Notes: generated from the sequence alone by a model not told the origin. A stretch of 64,000 bases of DNA from an uncultured Methanosarcinales archaeon (GCA_964428395.1 CAYRYB010000001.1:8847-72846); one strand, 5' to 3'; counted from the first letter of the stretch, positions 1 to 9,320 are shown. Numbers and translations are program-made.

Positions 1-918
1 TTTTTTCTTCTCCGCAGTGTCTTTTTTAACAGTTGCTTTCTTATTACGTGGAGCTTTCTTAACTACAGCTTTTTTAGCTGGCACTGTTTTTTTGGAATGT
101 TTTGAAGCATTTGTTTTTTTACTTGTTGTTTTTTTACTTGTTGTTTTTTTAGTGGTTGTTTTCTTCTTTTTTACAACAGATTTTTTGTTTGTTGTTTTTT
201 TCTTCGTTGTTTTTTTAGCGGTTGCTTTTCTTGCACTTTTTCTTGCTGCTTTTGTTAATGCATCTTTTTCTGCAACGGATTTTGTTGATTGTTTTATTGC
301 TCGCGCAGTAGATTTTTTATCCATTTTCTTTTCTACTGCTTCTTGTGCTTCTTTTATTTCCTGCTCTGCTTTTTTTGTTGCAATTTTAAGAAAAGCGGTT
401 TTTTCTTTTTCAAACACTGCTTGTTCTTTTTCTAATTTTGCAATTCGTTCTTGAAGAAATGAGATTGTCCGTTCATTATTTTGTTGATTCATTAATTCTC
501 CACACTCAGGACATTTGAAATCATTTTCTACTGCTTCTTCAAATCCTAATCGTGCGTGTGCGTGTCGACACATATAAAAAAATCCTTGTTGTTCTTTTGC
601 TAAACGTTCCTTTAGCTTTGCAATTGTTTCAAGACGTAATTTTTCTTCTAAATAAAAAATAGCTTGTTCGTTAAAATCCCAATAACAAATGTACCATCCT
701 TTTATCTTGTCTTTCTTTCGTTTAAAAGAAACAACATTTGAATCCAATAATCTATAGAGAAGATTTCTGGTTCTATGTATTTCCAGGTCAAGCTCTTCTG
801 CTATAATAAACTCTGAGATGTTTTCTTTATCTTGCAAGTAGAAAATAATTTCTTCTGCATCCTTATCGGGAACTATTTGTTTGAGGACGTCTATAATCCG
901 TTCTTTTGTTAGAGTCAT
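1..918 (-). CDS. tfe: Transcription factor E alpha (TFE) with long Lys/Ala/Thr-rich C-terminal tail; 3' end runs off the window
   Basis: Not in ORF track (no stop in window). Manual translation from ATG 918: MTLTKERIIDVLKQ...ISEFIIAEELDLEIHRTRNLLYRL...KDKIKGWYICYW (winged helix), then MCRHAH...FKCPECG (Zn ribbon), then a K-rich tail. Confidence 0.92.
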   Translation of the reverse strand, partial: MTLTKERIIDVLKQIVPDKDAEEIIFYLQDKENISEFIIAEELDLEIHRTRNLLYRLLDSNVVSFKRKKDKIKGWYICYWDFNEQAIFYLEEKLRLETIAKLKERLAKEQQGFFYMCRHAHARLGFEEAVENDFKCPECGELMNQQNNERTISFLQERIAKLEKEQAVFEKEKTAFLKIATKKAEQEIKEAQEAVEKKMDKKSTARAIKQSTKSVAEKDALTKAARKSARKATAKKTTKKKTTNKKSVVKKKKTTTKKTTSKKTTSKKTNASKHSKKTVPAKKAVVKKAPRNKKATVKKDTAEKKK

Positions 919-1336
919 TGTATCAGAGCAATACGCCTATGTATAGGCTTTCATACTAGTATTTCACGAAAAGGTACTGCTGTGTTCGATTTGCCTATAA
1001 AGCAGTTCTAAATCTCCTACTATATAAATGTTTCGAATTTGTAATCACTTATCAGTAACGACTTTTCAATTTCTTTCTTTTCGTAAAGACAGAAAGAGTT
1101 CAATTAATTCAAGAGTATTTATACTTTGTGGATAAAAGAACAGAAAAAATAGCTAATTAGAGAAGATACATCAAAAAAAAGGAGTAAAAAAAAGCAAATA
1201 TCCTAAAAAAAGAGAAGAAAAGGAAATGAGAAGTAAAAATAAGACGTTTTTAGGGGTTTTTATAATTAGGAGATAATCAAGGCTCAAACTTCAAGGTATG
1301 TTTTTCTTGCTAAACAAAAAATCTACAATAAACAAT

Positions 1337-2284
1337 CTAAAAACTGCTAAATCCATGACTGTGTAAAAATTGTAACATAACCTCTGGCAAAGGCGCTGAA
1401 AGAAGAATCTGTTTGCCTGTTAAAGGATGTTTAAAAGATAACTGAGCACAATGCAAAAGTTGTCGTAATGCAAGAAGTTTTTCCTTTACCTCATCTTCTA
1501 TAGCTACGGAATTTTCTTGCCAACGAAGAAAAAGCTCTGGATGAAGGCCGTATTGTTTGTCGCCAACAATAGGATACCCAAGGTAAAACAAATGAGCGCG
1601 AATTTGATGACGTCTTCCAGATAAAGGTGTTACTTGTAAAAGTGCAAAGTTTTGCTGCGATTCAATGACTTTATAGCGCGTTAGTGATTTTTTACCATCA
1701 CGTTGCACCACCGTTTTGTCACGTATAGAATCAACCAATGATTGAGCTAAGGGTGCATCAATAAGACCCTGAGCAGGTGAAGGAATGCCAAACGTTACAG
1801 CAAAATACGTTTTAACACAAGAATCATCGCGCATTGCCAATTGCAATGCTCGCGTATGAAAAGGCGATGTCGCAAAAAGAACAATCCCTGAGGTTTCTTT
1901 ATCCAAGCGATTAATTGGATATACCCGTTTACCTGCCCGCTTCAAAAGCGATACGAGTGTATTAAAATAATATTTCCCTGCAGGATGAATAGGTAAAGGA
2001 GATGGTTTATTCACTGCAAGCAAAAAATCATCTTCATAAAGTACGGTATAATGTGTATCTACAATTGGTTCTGCAGATTGTGGTGTAAGAAGAAGGAGAG
2101 AATCAGACGGCGTAACAAGCACATCTTTTGTTACAACTGTTTCATTGACAAGAACTCTTTTTTCTTTAAAAAGCAATAAAATTTCTTCTTTTGTGTGAAG
2201 AAAACTACACGTTAAGAGAAGAACATCAGTCAACATGCCTTTCTTCTGTACAGATATTATGTCTTTTCGTACTTGCTCACTCAT
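1337..2284 (-). CDS. RluA-family pseudouridine synthase
   Basis: VNKPSPLPIHP, INRLDKETSGIVLF (catalytic Asp), LSGRRHQIRAH, PIVGDKQYG and QLLHC motifs; start moved to the ATG overlapping the upstream stop. Confidence 0.92.
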   Translation of the reverse strand: MSEQVRKDIISVQKKGMLTDVLLLTCSFLHTKEEILLLFKEKRVLVNETVVTKDVLVTPSDSLLLLTPQSAEPIVDTHYTVLYEDDFLLAVNKPSPLPIHPAGKYYFNTLVSLLKRAGKRVYPINRLDKETSGIVLFATSPFHTRALQLAMRDDSCVKTYFAVTFGIPSPAQGLIDAPLAQSLVDSIRDKTVVQRDGKKSLTRYKVIESQQNFALLQVTPLSGRRHQIRAHLFYLGYPIVGDKQYGLHPELFLRWQENSVAIEDEVKEKLLALRQLLHCAQLSFKHPLTGKQILLSAPLPEVMLQFLHSHGFSSF

Positions 2285-2573
2285 ATTCTTCTTTTTCCTG
2301 ATCAATTAAATTTTGCATTCGTTGATAACAAGAACTACAAATAAAAATGTCACCAAAAAATTGAGAGTTAGGAAAACCAGTTATTTTTTTTACAGATTTC
2401 TCTTGCTCACAAAATGAACAAACATTAACTTCTTGAGGATAGGTAAGTACTAATTCTGCAAGTTCATCATAACAAGGTCTACAAAGAGCAAAGAGCATTG
2501 AAAATTCTGGAAAAACAAAGCACGTTGTGGTCTTGCTACATAATTTGCAAAGGTGATTATGTTTGACGTACAT
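2277..2573 (-). CDS. Small protein with four CxxC pairs (tandem C4 zinc fingers, second one ClpX-ZBD-like)
   Basis: CKLC, CRPC, CSFC, CSSC; coupled to the RluA gene by overlap. Confidence 0.7.
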   Translation of the reverse strand: MYVKHNHLCKLCSKTTTCFVFPEFSMLFALCRPCYDELAELVLTYPQEVNVCSFCEQEKSVKKITGFPNSQFFGDIFICSSCYQRMQNLIDQEKEEYE

Positions 2574-2656
2574 GCTTAGAAGTAAAGATGAAGAGATTAT
2601 TTAAACATTTGTAAGCTTAACCACCAAAAAATAAGAGAAAAACTGTAGAAAAAGAC

Positions 2657-2869
2657 TTATTTTCGTTCTAATTCTTCTTTTTTACTTCGAAGAGCACTCT
2701 TTATCAAGATTTCATTCTGTTCTTGAAGATAAGCAAGCAATTTATCTCTCTTTGCTATTTCAGAGGCATAAATATCTTTAAGTTCTTCTATATTGGTTAT
2801 TCCTGCAATTTCCCGCTTAAATTGTTCTTTGAGCGTTGCAAAGATATCTTTTGCTGTTTCTTTCTTCAT
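2657..2869 (-). CDS. Small coiled-coil hypothetical protein
   Basis: 70-aa charged helical ORF co-directional with the uS7 operon. Confidence 0.6.
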   Translation of the reverse strand: MKKETAKDIFATLKEQFKREIAGITNIEELKDIYASEIAKRDKLLAYLQEQNEILIKSALRSKKEELERK

Positions 2870-2966
2870 TGTACAAAAAAGAGGTCATCAAAGTTTTAAA
2901 ACTTACGGAAAAATTTAAGGTACAGAAAAGAAAAAAGCTAATCTGAAACCAGAAAAAAGCAAGTAT

Positions 2967-3569
2967 TTATCGACTGCTATCAGCTTGTCGTTCTGTTTCC
3001 AACTTCTTGCTTATGGCAAGACTATTGGTACTAAGAGCGTATGCATCCATGATTTCTTGAGCTAATGCTTGCGACATGCTTTTTTTCTTGTTAAAGCTTG
3101 CTTTGTAAGCTCCTTGTGTCATAAATTTTAATACTCTGTCTATTCTTCGTTGTGGTGCGCACTCAACTGGTTTTGGATAACGAGCACCACCATATTCAAT
3201 AGTGATGATTTCTTCTCGTGATGCAGCATTCTCAAGTGCTTTAACAAAGACAAGAATTGGATTTTGTTTTGTTTTCTTTTCGATTATTTCTAGAGATTTA
3301 AAAACAATAGTATATGCAGTTGCTGCTTTTCCTGTTATATGACCACTGGATATTTTATGCTTTTTAGTTCCAACACGACCAGTCACCATTACTTTGTTAA
3401 TAAGTCGCTCTATAATAAATACCTTTGATTTATGAAATCTGTTTCCTGCATATCGTGCTCCTGTTCGAGGAACAATAGTAGGTGTTGTTGTGACGTAATC
3501 TTTGAGTCCAGGATCCTCTACTTTGATTGTTGAGCAATCCCATCGGTTAAATGCAAGTATGTCTGTCAT
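2967..3569 (-). CDS. rps7: 30S ribosomal protein uS7
   Basis: KSKVFIIERLINK, NPILVFVKALENAASREE, VECAPQRRID, SNSLAISKKLETERQADSSR. Confidence 0.97.
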   Translation of the reverse strand: MTDILAFNRWDCSTIKVEDPGLKDYVTTTPTIVPRTGARYAGNRFHKSKVFIIERLINKVMVTGRVGTKKHKISSGHITGKAATAYTIVFKSLEIIEKKTKQNPILVFVKALENAASREEIITIEYGGARYPKPVECAPQRRIDRVLKFMTQGAYKASFNKKKSMSQALAQEIMDAYALSTNSLAISKKLETERQADSSR

Positions 3570-3580
3570 TGTTATTACCT

Positions 3581-4018
3581 TTATTTACGTGCTTTTTCAA
3601 TTTTTCCTGAAAGTAAAGCTGCTAATGCTTGATCGTTAACTTTAATAACTTGCCATCGAACGCCTGGCAAATCTCCTTTTGCACGACCCATAACACCACC
3701 TATTCGCTCTACAACTACTTCATCGTGTTCATCGACAAGTTTTGTTGCACCATCGCCTGGCAAAAATGCTGTAATTTGTTTACTGTTTTTAATGAGCTGT
3801 ACTCGAACACATTTTCTCATTGCTGAGTTTGGCTGCTTTGCTTCTACTTGTACTTTCTGCAAAACTATTGCTGATGCTTGTGATGCACCTTCTAAAGGAT
3901 CTGATTTTGCTGCAAAACCCAAATGTTTTTTAATAAACCATTTGTTTTTCCATAGACTATCTTTTCGTCTCTTAATGAGTTTTTTGCCTGCGCCAAGTCC
4001 TCGTGCTTTTTTTGCCAT
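3581..4018 (-). CDS. rps12: 30S ribosomal protein uS12
   Basis: [37 protein letters not shown]; start at MAKKARG (ATG 4018). Confidence 0.97.
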   Translation of the reverse strand: MAKKARGLGAGKKLIKRRKDSLWKNKWFIKKHLGFAAKSDPLEGASQASAIVLQKVQVEAKQPNSAMRKCVRVQLIKNSKQITAFLPGDGATKLVDEHDEVVVERIGGVMGRAKGDLPGVRWQVIKVNDQALAALLSGKIEKARK

Positions 4019-4089
4019 AGTTATTACCTTTGAATCGTTTTTTAAATTTGTTTTATAAATTGTTTTGTTATTTTTATAATGACCATCAC

Positions 4090-4506
4090 TCATATTACTT
4101 TAAGTTCTTTAAGCTCGGGAAAGTATTTTTGAACAATACTTTCGTACTTACGAAGGTTTGCGGCCCTCGCGCCGATCATCAATCCTTTTGTTTTTTGGTC
4201 TGGTCCAGTGATGGTAACAATGCCATCATCAATGGTCATTTTCACTATTTTTAATGGTGCCATGACGTTTGCTATGAAACGCTCCATGGACGGATTGTAC
4301 TCAATGATTTTAATTCGTCTTTTGAGGAGTTCCTCAAGTCTCGTGACGTTTTTTTTATTTTCTCCGAGTGCTTTTCGAAGAAAGCCCTTCTCAACAACAA
4401 AAAGTATTTTGTCATTGTGCTCAAAATAGTCTTTCAAGCGTGACCGAGTTACTTTTTCAAATAATGACATTCGGTGTAATGATTCCATGTCATATTTTAC
4501 TTTCAT
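4090..4506 (-). CDS. nusA: Archaeal NusA (KH-domain transcription factor)
   Basis: [33 protein letters not shown]; conserved eL30-NusA-uS12-uS7 order. Confidence 0.93.
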   Translation of the reverse strand: MKVKYDMESLHRMSLFEKVTRSRLKDYFEHNDKILFVVEKGFLRKALGENKKNVTRLEELLKRRIKIIEYNPSMERFIANVMAPLKIVKMTIDDGIVTITGPDQKTKGLMIGARAANLRKYESIVQKYFPELKELKVI

Positions 4507-4757
4507 TTTGCAATACCCACAACTGAAACGAGGAATGGCTTTTTACATTGCGCACCCAATTCATCACAGTTTATGGAAAGTTTTTCTACAGGAACAGTAG
4601 CAAGTTTTGCATAATAATTGATATCATCTTCTAGCACTTCAGGACAGTTTTGCGCTAAAAAGATTTTGTTTACTGTTTCTTTTCGTAGCGACTTTATAGT
4701 CTGCTTCGTACCTATTATAAGCTTGTTATTTTTTAATCCTATTGTAATATCATTCAT
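4503..4757 (-). CDS. rpl30e: 50S ribosomal protein eL30
   Basis: LIIGTKQTIKSL, IFLAQNCP, ELGAQCKKPFLVSVVGI; ATG 4757 follows a GGTGA SD. Confidence 0.93.
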   Translation of the reverse strand: MNDITIGLKNNKLIIGTKQTIKSLRKETVNKIFLAQNCPEVLEDDINYYAKLATVPVEKLSINCDELGAQCKKPFLVSVVGIAK

Positions 4758-4884
4758 TGTGCCAGTCACCGCTCCAAACCCGAGCAGAATTGCGCTCGTG
4801 TTCTTCTCCAACAAACGAAAACCGTGTGTTGCAGATGATGGTTGTACTGTTAGCGAATCAAAGTCTCTTTATAAAGCTTTGTGT

Positions 4885-4990
4885 AGAATGACTCTATCCC
4901 AAATGGTGTAGCACTTGCTTGAAGATGCACTACAGCAAGAAAGGTGACGCATTTTTTATCGCTAAAAGTTCTTTTTGGGATAAGCATTCT
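4885..4990 (-). repeat. R2 repeat copy (core ~4902-4958) enclosed by nested inverted repeats
   Basis: Core is the reverse complement of 9082-9140. IR arms are TATCCCAAA 4895-4903 / TTTGGGATA 4974-4982 and AGAATG 4885-4890 / CATTCT 4985-4990. Confidence 0.85.
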
Positions 4991-5086
4991 CGTGGTAAGT
5001 ATTTCTTTGCAAAGCAAAGAATAAACCTTCCTAGTGCGGATTTTTATTCCTTAAGGCAATGCCCGTAGAATGAGAAAAAGCTCTCT

Positions 5087-5476
5087 TTACCGTTTCTTCT
5101 TTATCGTTTTTTGAGACGTTCTTGTCTTTTTTTGCTTTATTTTTTCTTTAGCTTCCTTGCGACTAATAAGAATGAGTTCACTATTTAAAATAAGATTATA
5201 CTGAAAGACGAACGTAAAAAGAATGATTGCCAAAAACATTGAATCAAAATAAGACCGATATACATCCAATGAAAAAAATCCTGCAAGACTAAGAATACCT
5301 ACAAACTGCATGAGGAAAAAGATGACCACAGCAATGAGTAAGAACACCCAAGGCTTCCTATCCCTTGCGTTTTTTGTTTTTTTAAGAAAGGAAAGAGCAA
5401 AAATGAGAACAAAGCTGGCTATGAGAAAATTTGCGAATGTAAGCACGCCAGACATATATTCAACCATGAATAACAT
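5087..5476 (-). CDS. Small multi-pass membrane protein with basic C-tail
   Basis: Three to four hydrophobic segments; K-rich end. Confidence 0.7.
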   Translation of the reverse strand: MLFMVEYMSGVLTFANFLIASFVLIFALSFLKKTKNARDRKPWVFLLIAVVIFFLMQFVGILSLAGFFSLDVYRSYFDSMFLAIILFTFVFQYNLILNSELILISRKEAKEKIKQKKTRTSQKTIKKKR

Positions 5477-5640
5477 AAGAACAATTATTGTTTAAAAATG
5501 TAACGTTACTCCTCATCATTAGTTATTTCTCAGACATCAAAAGAAACACGTGCGTTATAAAAAATTACATCATCCCAGAATGTATAGTATCTTTCTCGGA
5601 CTTCGCTCAGAGAAGAAAGAAACAAAGCAAAAACGTTCTT

Positions 5641-6288
5641 CTACAAAAAAGTATTCAGCGTTCCTTGTCCTCCTGCTTCCTGAACCGGTTGTAAGTGAAG
5701 CAGTTTTGCAAGAACTAAGAAGTCCTTTTCAACGGTTTCTCGAAGTTTGGGATTATAGAGCATTGCTGCAGGATGATACATTGGAACTATTACAAAATCC
5801 ACACCATCAACAACAAGATGATTCTTTTTTCCGTGTAATTGCGTAATGCCTGCAATTTTTTTCATTCCTTCTGAATCAAACCCTGCTAAAACAAATTTTG
5901 TTGCATAGTTTCCCAAGGTTACAATAATTTTTGGCGATATTATTTTGAGTTGTTGTATAAGATAGGGCGTATGATTTCGTATTTCATCCATGCTTGGATC
6001 TCGATTCTGTGGAGGACGATATTTAAGAATGTTACAAATATAAACATCATTAAGGGTTAGACTTATTCGACGCAAAAGTTTGTCAAGTTCTCTTCCTGCT
6101 CGACCAACAAAAGGAACTCCTTGTAAGTCCTCCTGCGCGCCCGGTGCTTCGCCTATAAACACAATATCTGCATCAGGGTTTCCTTTTCCAAAAACAAGGT
6201 TTGTTGCTGCATCTTTAAGTGGGCAAACAAGCTCGTCAATAATTCGTTGTCGCAGAGCGTCAAGTGCTTCTTGCTTTTCCATGTGCAT
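5641..6288 (-). CDS. udg: Uracil-DNA glycosylase, family 4-like
   Basis: [47 protein letters not shown]. Confidence 0.93.
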   Translation of the reverse strand: MHMEKQEALDALRQRIIDELVCPLKDAATNLVFGKGNPDADIVFIGEAPGAQEDLQGVPFVGRAGRELDKLLRRISLTLNDVYICNILKYRPPQNRDPSMDEIRNHTPYLIQQLKIISPKIIVTLGNYATKFVLAGFDSEGMKKIAGITQLHGKKNHLVVDGVDFVIVPMYHPAAMLYNPKLRETVEKDFLVLAKLLHLQPVQEAGGQGTLNTFL

Positions 6289-6451
6289 TTTTCAAATGGT
6301 CAACATTATTAAATGTCTCTATTTTATCACCATTTCAAGTAGAGTAGTATGAAAAATTCTAGGATGGCGAATATAAAAAAAAGAACAATAAAAAATAAAA
6401 AAGAAAAAAAGAAACACCTAAAGAAAAAATCCCTTTTATGATGTTTTCTTA

Positions 6452-7711
6452 CTAAATAAAAACAGGTGGTCTGTTCACGTTTTCAACAGTAATTGGTACA
6501 CTTATTGTTACTTCGTGTTCACCATCACTAACCGTTATTTTTTCAACATACTCTCCTGCATCCTCAAAGGTTGTTGTGTACGTTTTAGAGGTCATTAATC
6601 CAGAATAACTAATAGTTAGATTATCGCCATCAGAATCGGTTGCATTAACAGGAAGCACAATTGTTTCTCCTTCTTTTACCGTAATTGGAGCGATTGGTTG
6701 CACTATTGGTGCCAGATTTATTGCAGAAACATTCACCTGTACAGATGTATGTACATCATCTGTTCCGTCACTAACAACCACATCAAAATCATATACCCCT
6801 GCAACACCTCGTGTTGTTTTCCACACACCATTTTCATCAAATGGTGTTGGGTACGTTACCGTAAGATTGTCTCCATCAGGATCACTTGCTATAACATGAA
6901 GCGTAACAGTATCAAGTTCTGTTACGTGTATTGGTGGTATTGCTTCAACTACTGGCTTCCTATTTTTTTTATTGATTATTAAATCAATTTTATGTATTGC
7001 CGATTTCTTACCATCAGTTGCAGTGATAACTACGCTGTATTCTCCTGCATCACCATAATTTGTTTGATGGGTGAGCTCGTTCATAAAACCTGAAACAGCA
7101 AACGTAACCTCATCGCCTTCCTCATCATAAATAGTACAAGGCAAATCTATTAAATCTCCTTCTGAGACAATAAAATAGTCTGGACAATCAATAACAGGAG
7201 CCTTGTTAGAAGGCTTAATAACAACTTGTATCTGTTCTGTGGTAGAAAGAACTCCGTCAGTTGCAGTTATTGATGAAAGATATTTTCCTGCATCTCCATC
7301 GTTTGTTTGCCAAAGACCAACATCATTAAATGGTTTTGAATAAATGTAGGATATTTTATCACCATCAGGATCTTTTGCAACAAGTGACGCTAATGAAACA
7401 AGGTCTCCTTCCGTTGCAGTAACGGTAGTTAGAACTACACCTTCGCCCGCGGTGACATTTTTCTGTATAGTTTCTTGAGAAGATTCATTCGCCAATAAAG
7501 ATTCATTTTCTATCTCATTTGCATTTTGCGTTTCGTTAGTAACAACGAGTGTGCTGTTTTCTCCTTGTCCGTTCGTGAAATTAAACTCATTAAGAATGAG
7601 CGTGTTGTTTCCTGTTTCGTTGGTTAATGCCGGCGTGTATTGTTCCAGTAAAGAACAAGACGTAAACACTAATGAAACAATTAAAAGTATACTTATCAAT
7701 ATGTACTTCAT
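6452..7711 (-). CDS. Surface lipoprotein with four tandem Ig/cadherin-like repeats
   Basis: Signal peptide ending in FTSC (lipobox-like); repeats with DPDGD/DEEGD/DPDGD/DSDGD, (D)AG.Y...(S/T)DG and N.(A/K/P)P linkers. Confidence 0.8.
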   Translation of the reverse strand: MKYILISILLIVSLVFTSCSLLEQYTPALTNETGNNTLILNEFNFTNGQGENSTLVVTNETQNANEIENESLLANESSQETIQKNVTAGEGVVLTTVTATEGDLVSLASLVAKDPDGDKISYIYSKPFNDVGLWQTNDGDAGKYLSSITATDGVLSTTEQIQVVIKPSNKAPVIDCPDYFIVSEGDLIDLPCTIYDEEGDEVTFAVSGFMNELTHQTNYGDAGEYSVVITATDGKKSAIHKIDLIINKKNRKPVVEAIPPIHVTELDTVTLHVIASDPDGDNLTVTYPTPFDENGVWKTTRGVAGVYDFDVVVSDGTDDVHTSVQVNVSAINLAPIVQPIAPITVKEGETIVLPVNATDSDGDNLTISYSGLMTSKTYTTTFEDAGEYVEKITVSDGEHEVTISVPITVENVNRPPVFI

Positions 7712-7933
7712 TATCCTACCACCCTTTTGTCTTTGATTGAAAAACTACTTTGAAAGAGCGTTTAAAATAGTACGCGCTCTTTGTAAAGACTATCTCGTAA
7801 CATTATTTACCAAGTGCGAGTATATAATAATTTCTATTCCTCAGTGAATACTCTTTCGTTCTAAAATTAAAAACCAAAGATATATAAATGAGTACCAGTA
7901 TAGGAATTTGTATCCTAGTTGAGGCAAGAATAA

Positions 7934-8218
7934 ATGTGTGATTATTACCTAAAAGGAATATGCTTTCACCCAGAACGAGTAGAAAAGGGACTCGTTGGAA
8001 AACCATGCGAAGTACATACCTGTGAGCAATGTACAAACAAACAATGGCAACAACAAAAAATAAATGAAGATTTTGCATATTACACAAGTATTCTTGAGGC
8101 AATTACTTCCCCCAAAGAAAATTCTCCTCAAGGTACAACCATCCAAGAAAACAACAGCAGAAGCAGGAAATTTCCTGCCTTCTTGCTGAAAAATCCTTTA
8201 CAAGGTATGTTCAAATAA
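7934..8218 (+). CDS. Small Cys/His-rich hypothetical protein
   Basis: C..C.H..C..C..C pattern in the N-terminal 35 aa; best-looking of several overlapping ORFs. Confidence 0.5.
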   Translation: MCDYYLKGICFHPERVEKGLVGKPCEVHTCEQCTNKQWQQQKINEDFAYYTSILEAITSPKENSPQGTTIQENNSRSRKFPAFLLKNPLQGMFK

Positions 8219-8369
8219 AATACTTCAAATAAAGTGCAAGTGCTTAAAAAAATAGAGCACAAAAAATTCTTCCAAGAAAGTTAGTTCATTAAAAAAGACA
8301 TTTCGTTCTAGTAAAAGAAAGAAAAGGAGAGCAAGAAAAAGAACAAAAAAGAGTAAAAAAAGAAAGAAT

Positions 8370-8642
8370 TTACAAGGTTGTTACTACCTTATCAATAAGC
8401 GTTGCAACTTCAATTCCTTTTTTTGTGAGTATCAAAACTTTCAATCTTCCTCGTTTTTCAAACGTAACTAAACCTGCACGTTGCATATCTTGCAAAACCT
8501 TTACAACATGACTATACGTACAATCAACATTTTTAGCAAGAGAAGATGCATAAATTTCTCCACTTTTTTGTAAGAGGTTGATCAGCATCAATGCCGGTTT
8601 TTGACGAAAAAAGACATTAAATATTTTTTTTGGTTTTACCAT
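8370..8642 (-). CDS. Winged-helix DNA-binding protein (MarR-like)
   Basis: IYASSLAKNVDCTYSHVVKVLQDMQRAGLV..EKRGR.K...LT.KG wHTH pattern. Confidence 0.8.
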   Translation of the reverse strand: MVKPKKIFNVFFRQKPALMLINLLQKSGEIYASSLAKNVDCTYSHVVKVLQDMQRAGLVTFEKRGRLKVLILTKKGIEVATLIDKVVTTL

Positions 8643-8978
8643 GATACTTCCCCATCATATAGTATTAAAAAAACACAAACAAACCTATATATTAGAATCA
8701 TTAGTTCCTATTTAAATGTTTTGGTTTGTGTTTTGATTCCCGCTTGTCAAAAAAAACGAACAGCAATAACAATAAAAAAAGAGTAGTTCTCTTTAAATAT
8801 CTTTTGCAATCACGCTAAAAGAAAGACAAAAAAAACCCGTGCAAGGGCGACCATAAGAAACAAAAAAATGAACAATAAAAAAGAAACATATGGCAAAGAG
8901 ACGTAAAAAAAAGCAACAAAAATAAAACTAAAAAACAAAAGTATATATTAGTTTAAGATTCCTTCTCCTGTATATTCT

Positions 8979-9052
8979 ACTCCTGTGGTGTAGTCTGGAT
9001 AGCATTGGAGCTTGCGGAGCTTCAGACTCGGGTTCGAATCCCGGCAGGGGTA
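8979..9052 (+). tRNA. tRNA-Arg (GCG)
   Basis: Acceptor ACTCCTG/CAGGGGT, anticodon arm GGAGC-TTGCGGA-GCTTC, T arm TCGGG-TTCGAAT-CCCGG; CCA not encoded. Confidence 0.93.
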
Positions 9053-9081
9053 TATTTTGCCAAGAACAGCTAATCTTTAAT

Positions 9082-9140
9082 GCTAAAAAATGCGTCACTT
9101 TTCTCGCTTTAGTGCATCTTCAAGCAAGTGTTAAAACCAT
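9082..9140 (+). repeat. R2 repeat copy, directly upstream of R1 copy
   Basis: TAAAAAATGCGTCAC...AGTGCATCTTCAAGCAAGTG matches the reverse complement of 4902-4958. Confidence 0.85.
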
Positions 9141-9163
9141 TCTTAAGCAATACCCACGTGTAG

Positions 9164-9320
9164 GTTCTGTCCCAAAAGAAGATTTTTTAGCAGTATACTA
9201 CAAGCGGTGATATATTAAGATTCTCAAATCTCTTGTTAAGCATTACCTGAATCGTGCTTATGAGAACTTCACGCCAAGGCAGCAGCATACCTTGCTGTCT
9301 TTCTGGACAAGCCCTATATT
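9164..9320 (+). repeat. R1 structured repeat, copy upstream of argS (candidate ncRNA or MITE)
   Basis: Aligns with the reverse complements of 37462-37633 and 43625-43775; four stem-loops. Confidence 0.9.

Noticed and set aside
17-454. 145-aa hydrophobic + strand ORF
   Set aside because: Antisense shadow of the Lys-rich TFE tail (AAA codons read as TTT).
4758-4870. eL30 upstream region as SRP RNA or another stable RNA
   Set aside because: Too short, and it lacks the helix-8 SRP54-binding motif.
7803-8146. Minus-strand ORFs 7803-8102 and 7949-8146
   Set aside because: They overlap the more protein-like Cys-rich + strand ORF and have no motif support.
8942-8979. Leaderless tRNA transcription (RNase P-independent)
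   Set aside because: Spacing could fit tRNA-Arg, but the apparent TATA boxes of tRNA-Val and tRNA-Cys imply leaders.
8220-8980. A-rich intergenic tracts as repeats or ORFs (also 1100-1336, 6360-6450, 11125-11238)
   Set aside because: Low-complexity sequence; where downstream of minus-strand genes it is consistent with oligo-U terminators.
9164-9320. R1 as a T-box riboswitch (it precedes argS and cysS)
   Set aside because: No T-box UGGNACC antiterminator motif or clear specifier loop; copies also precede rpl15e and sepF, and each gene has its own TATA-like box downstream of the element.
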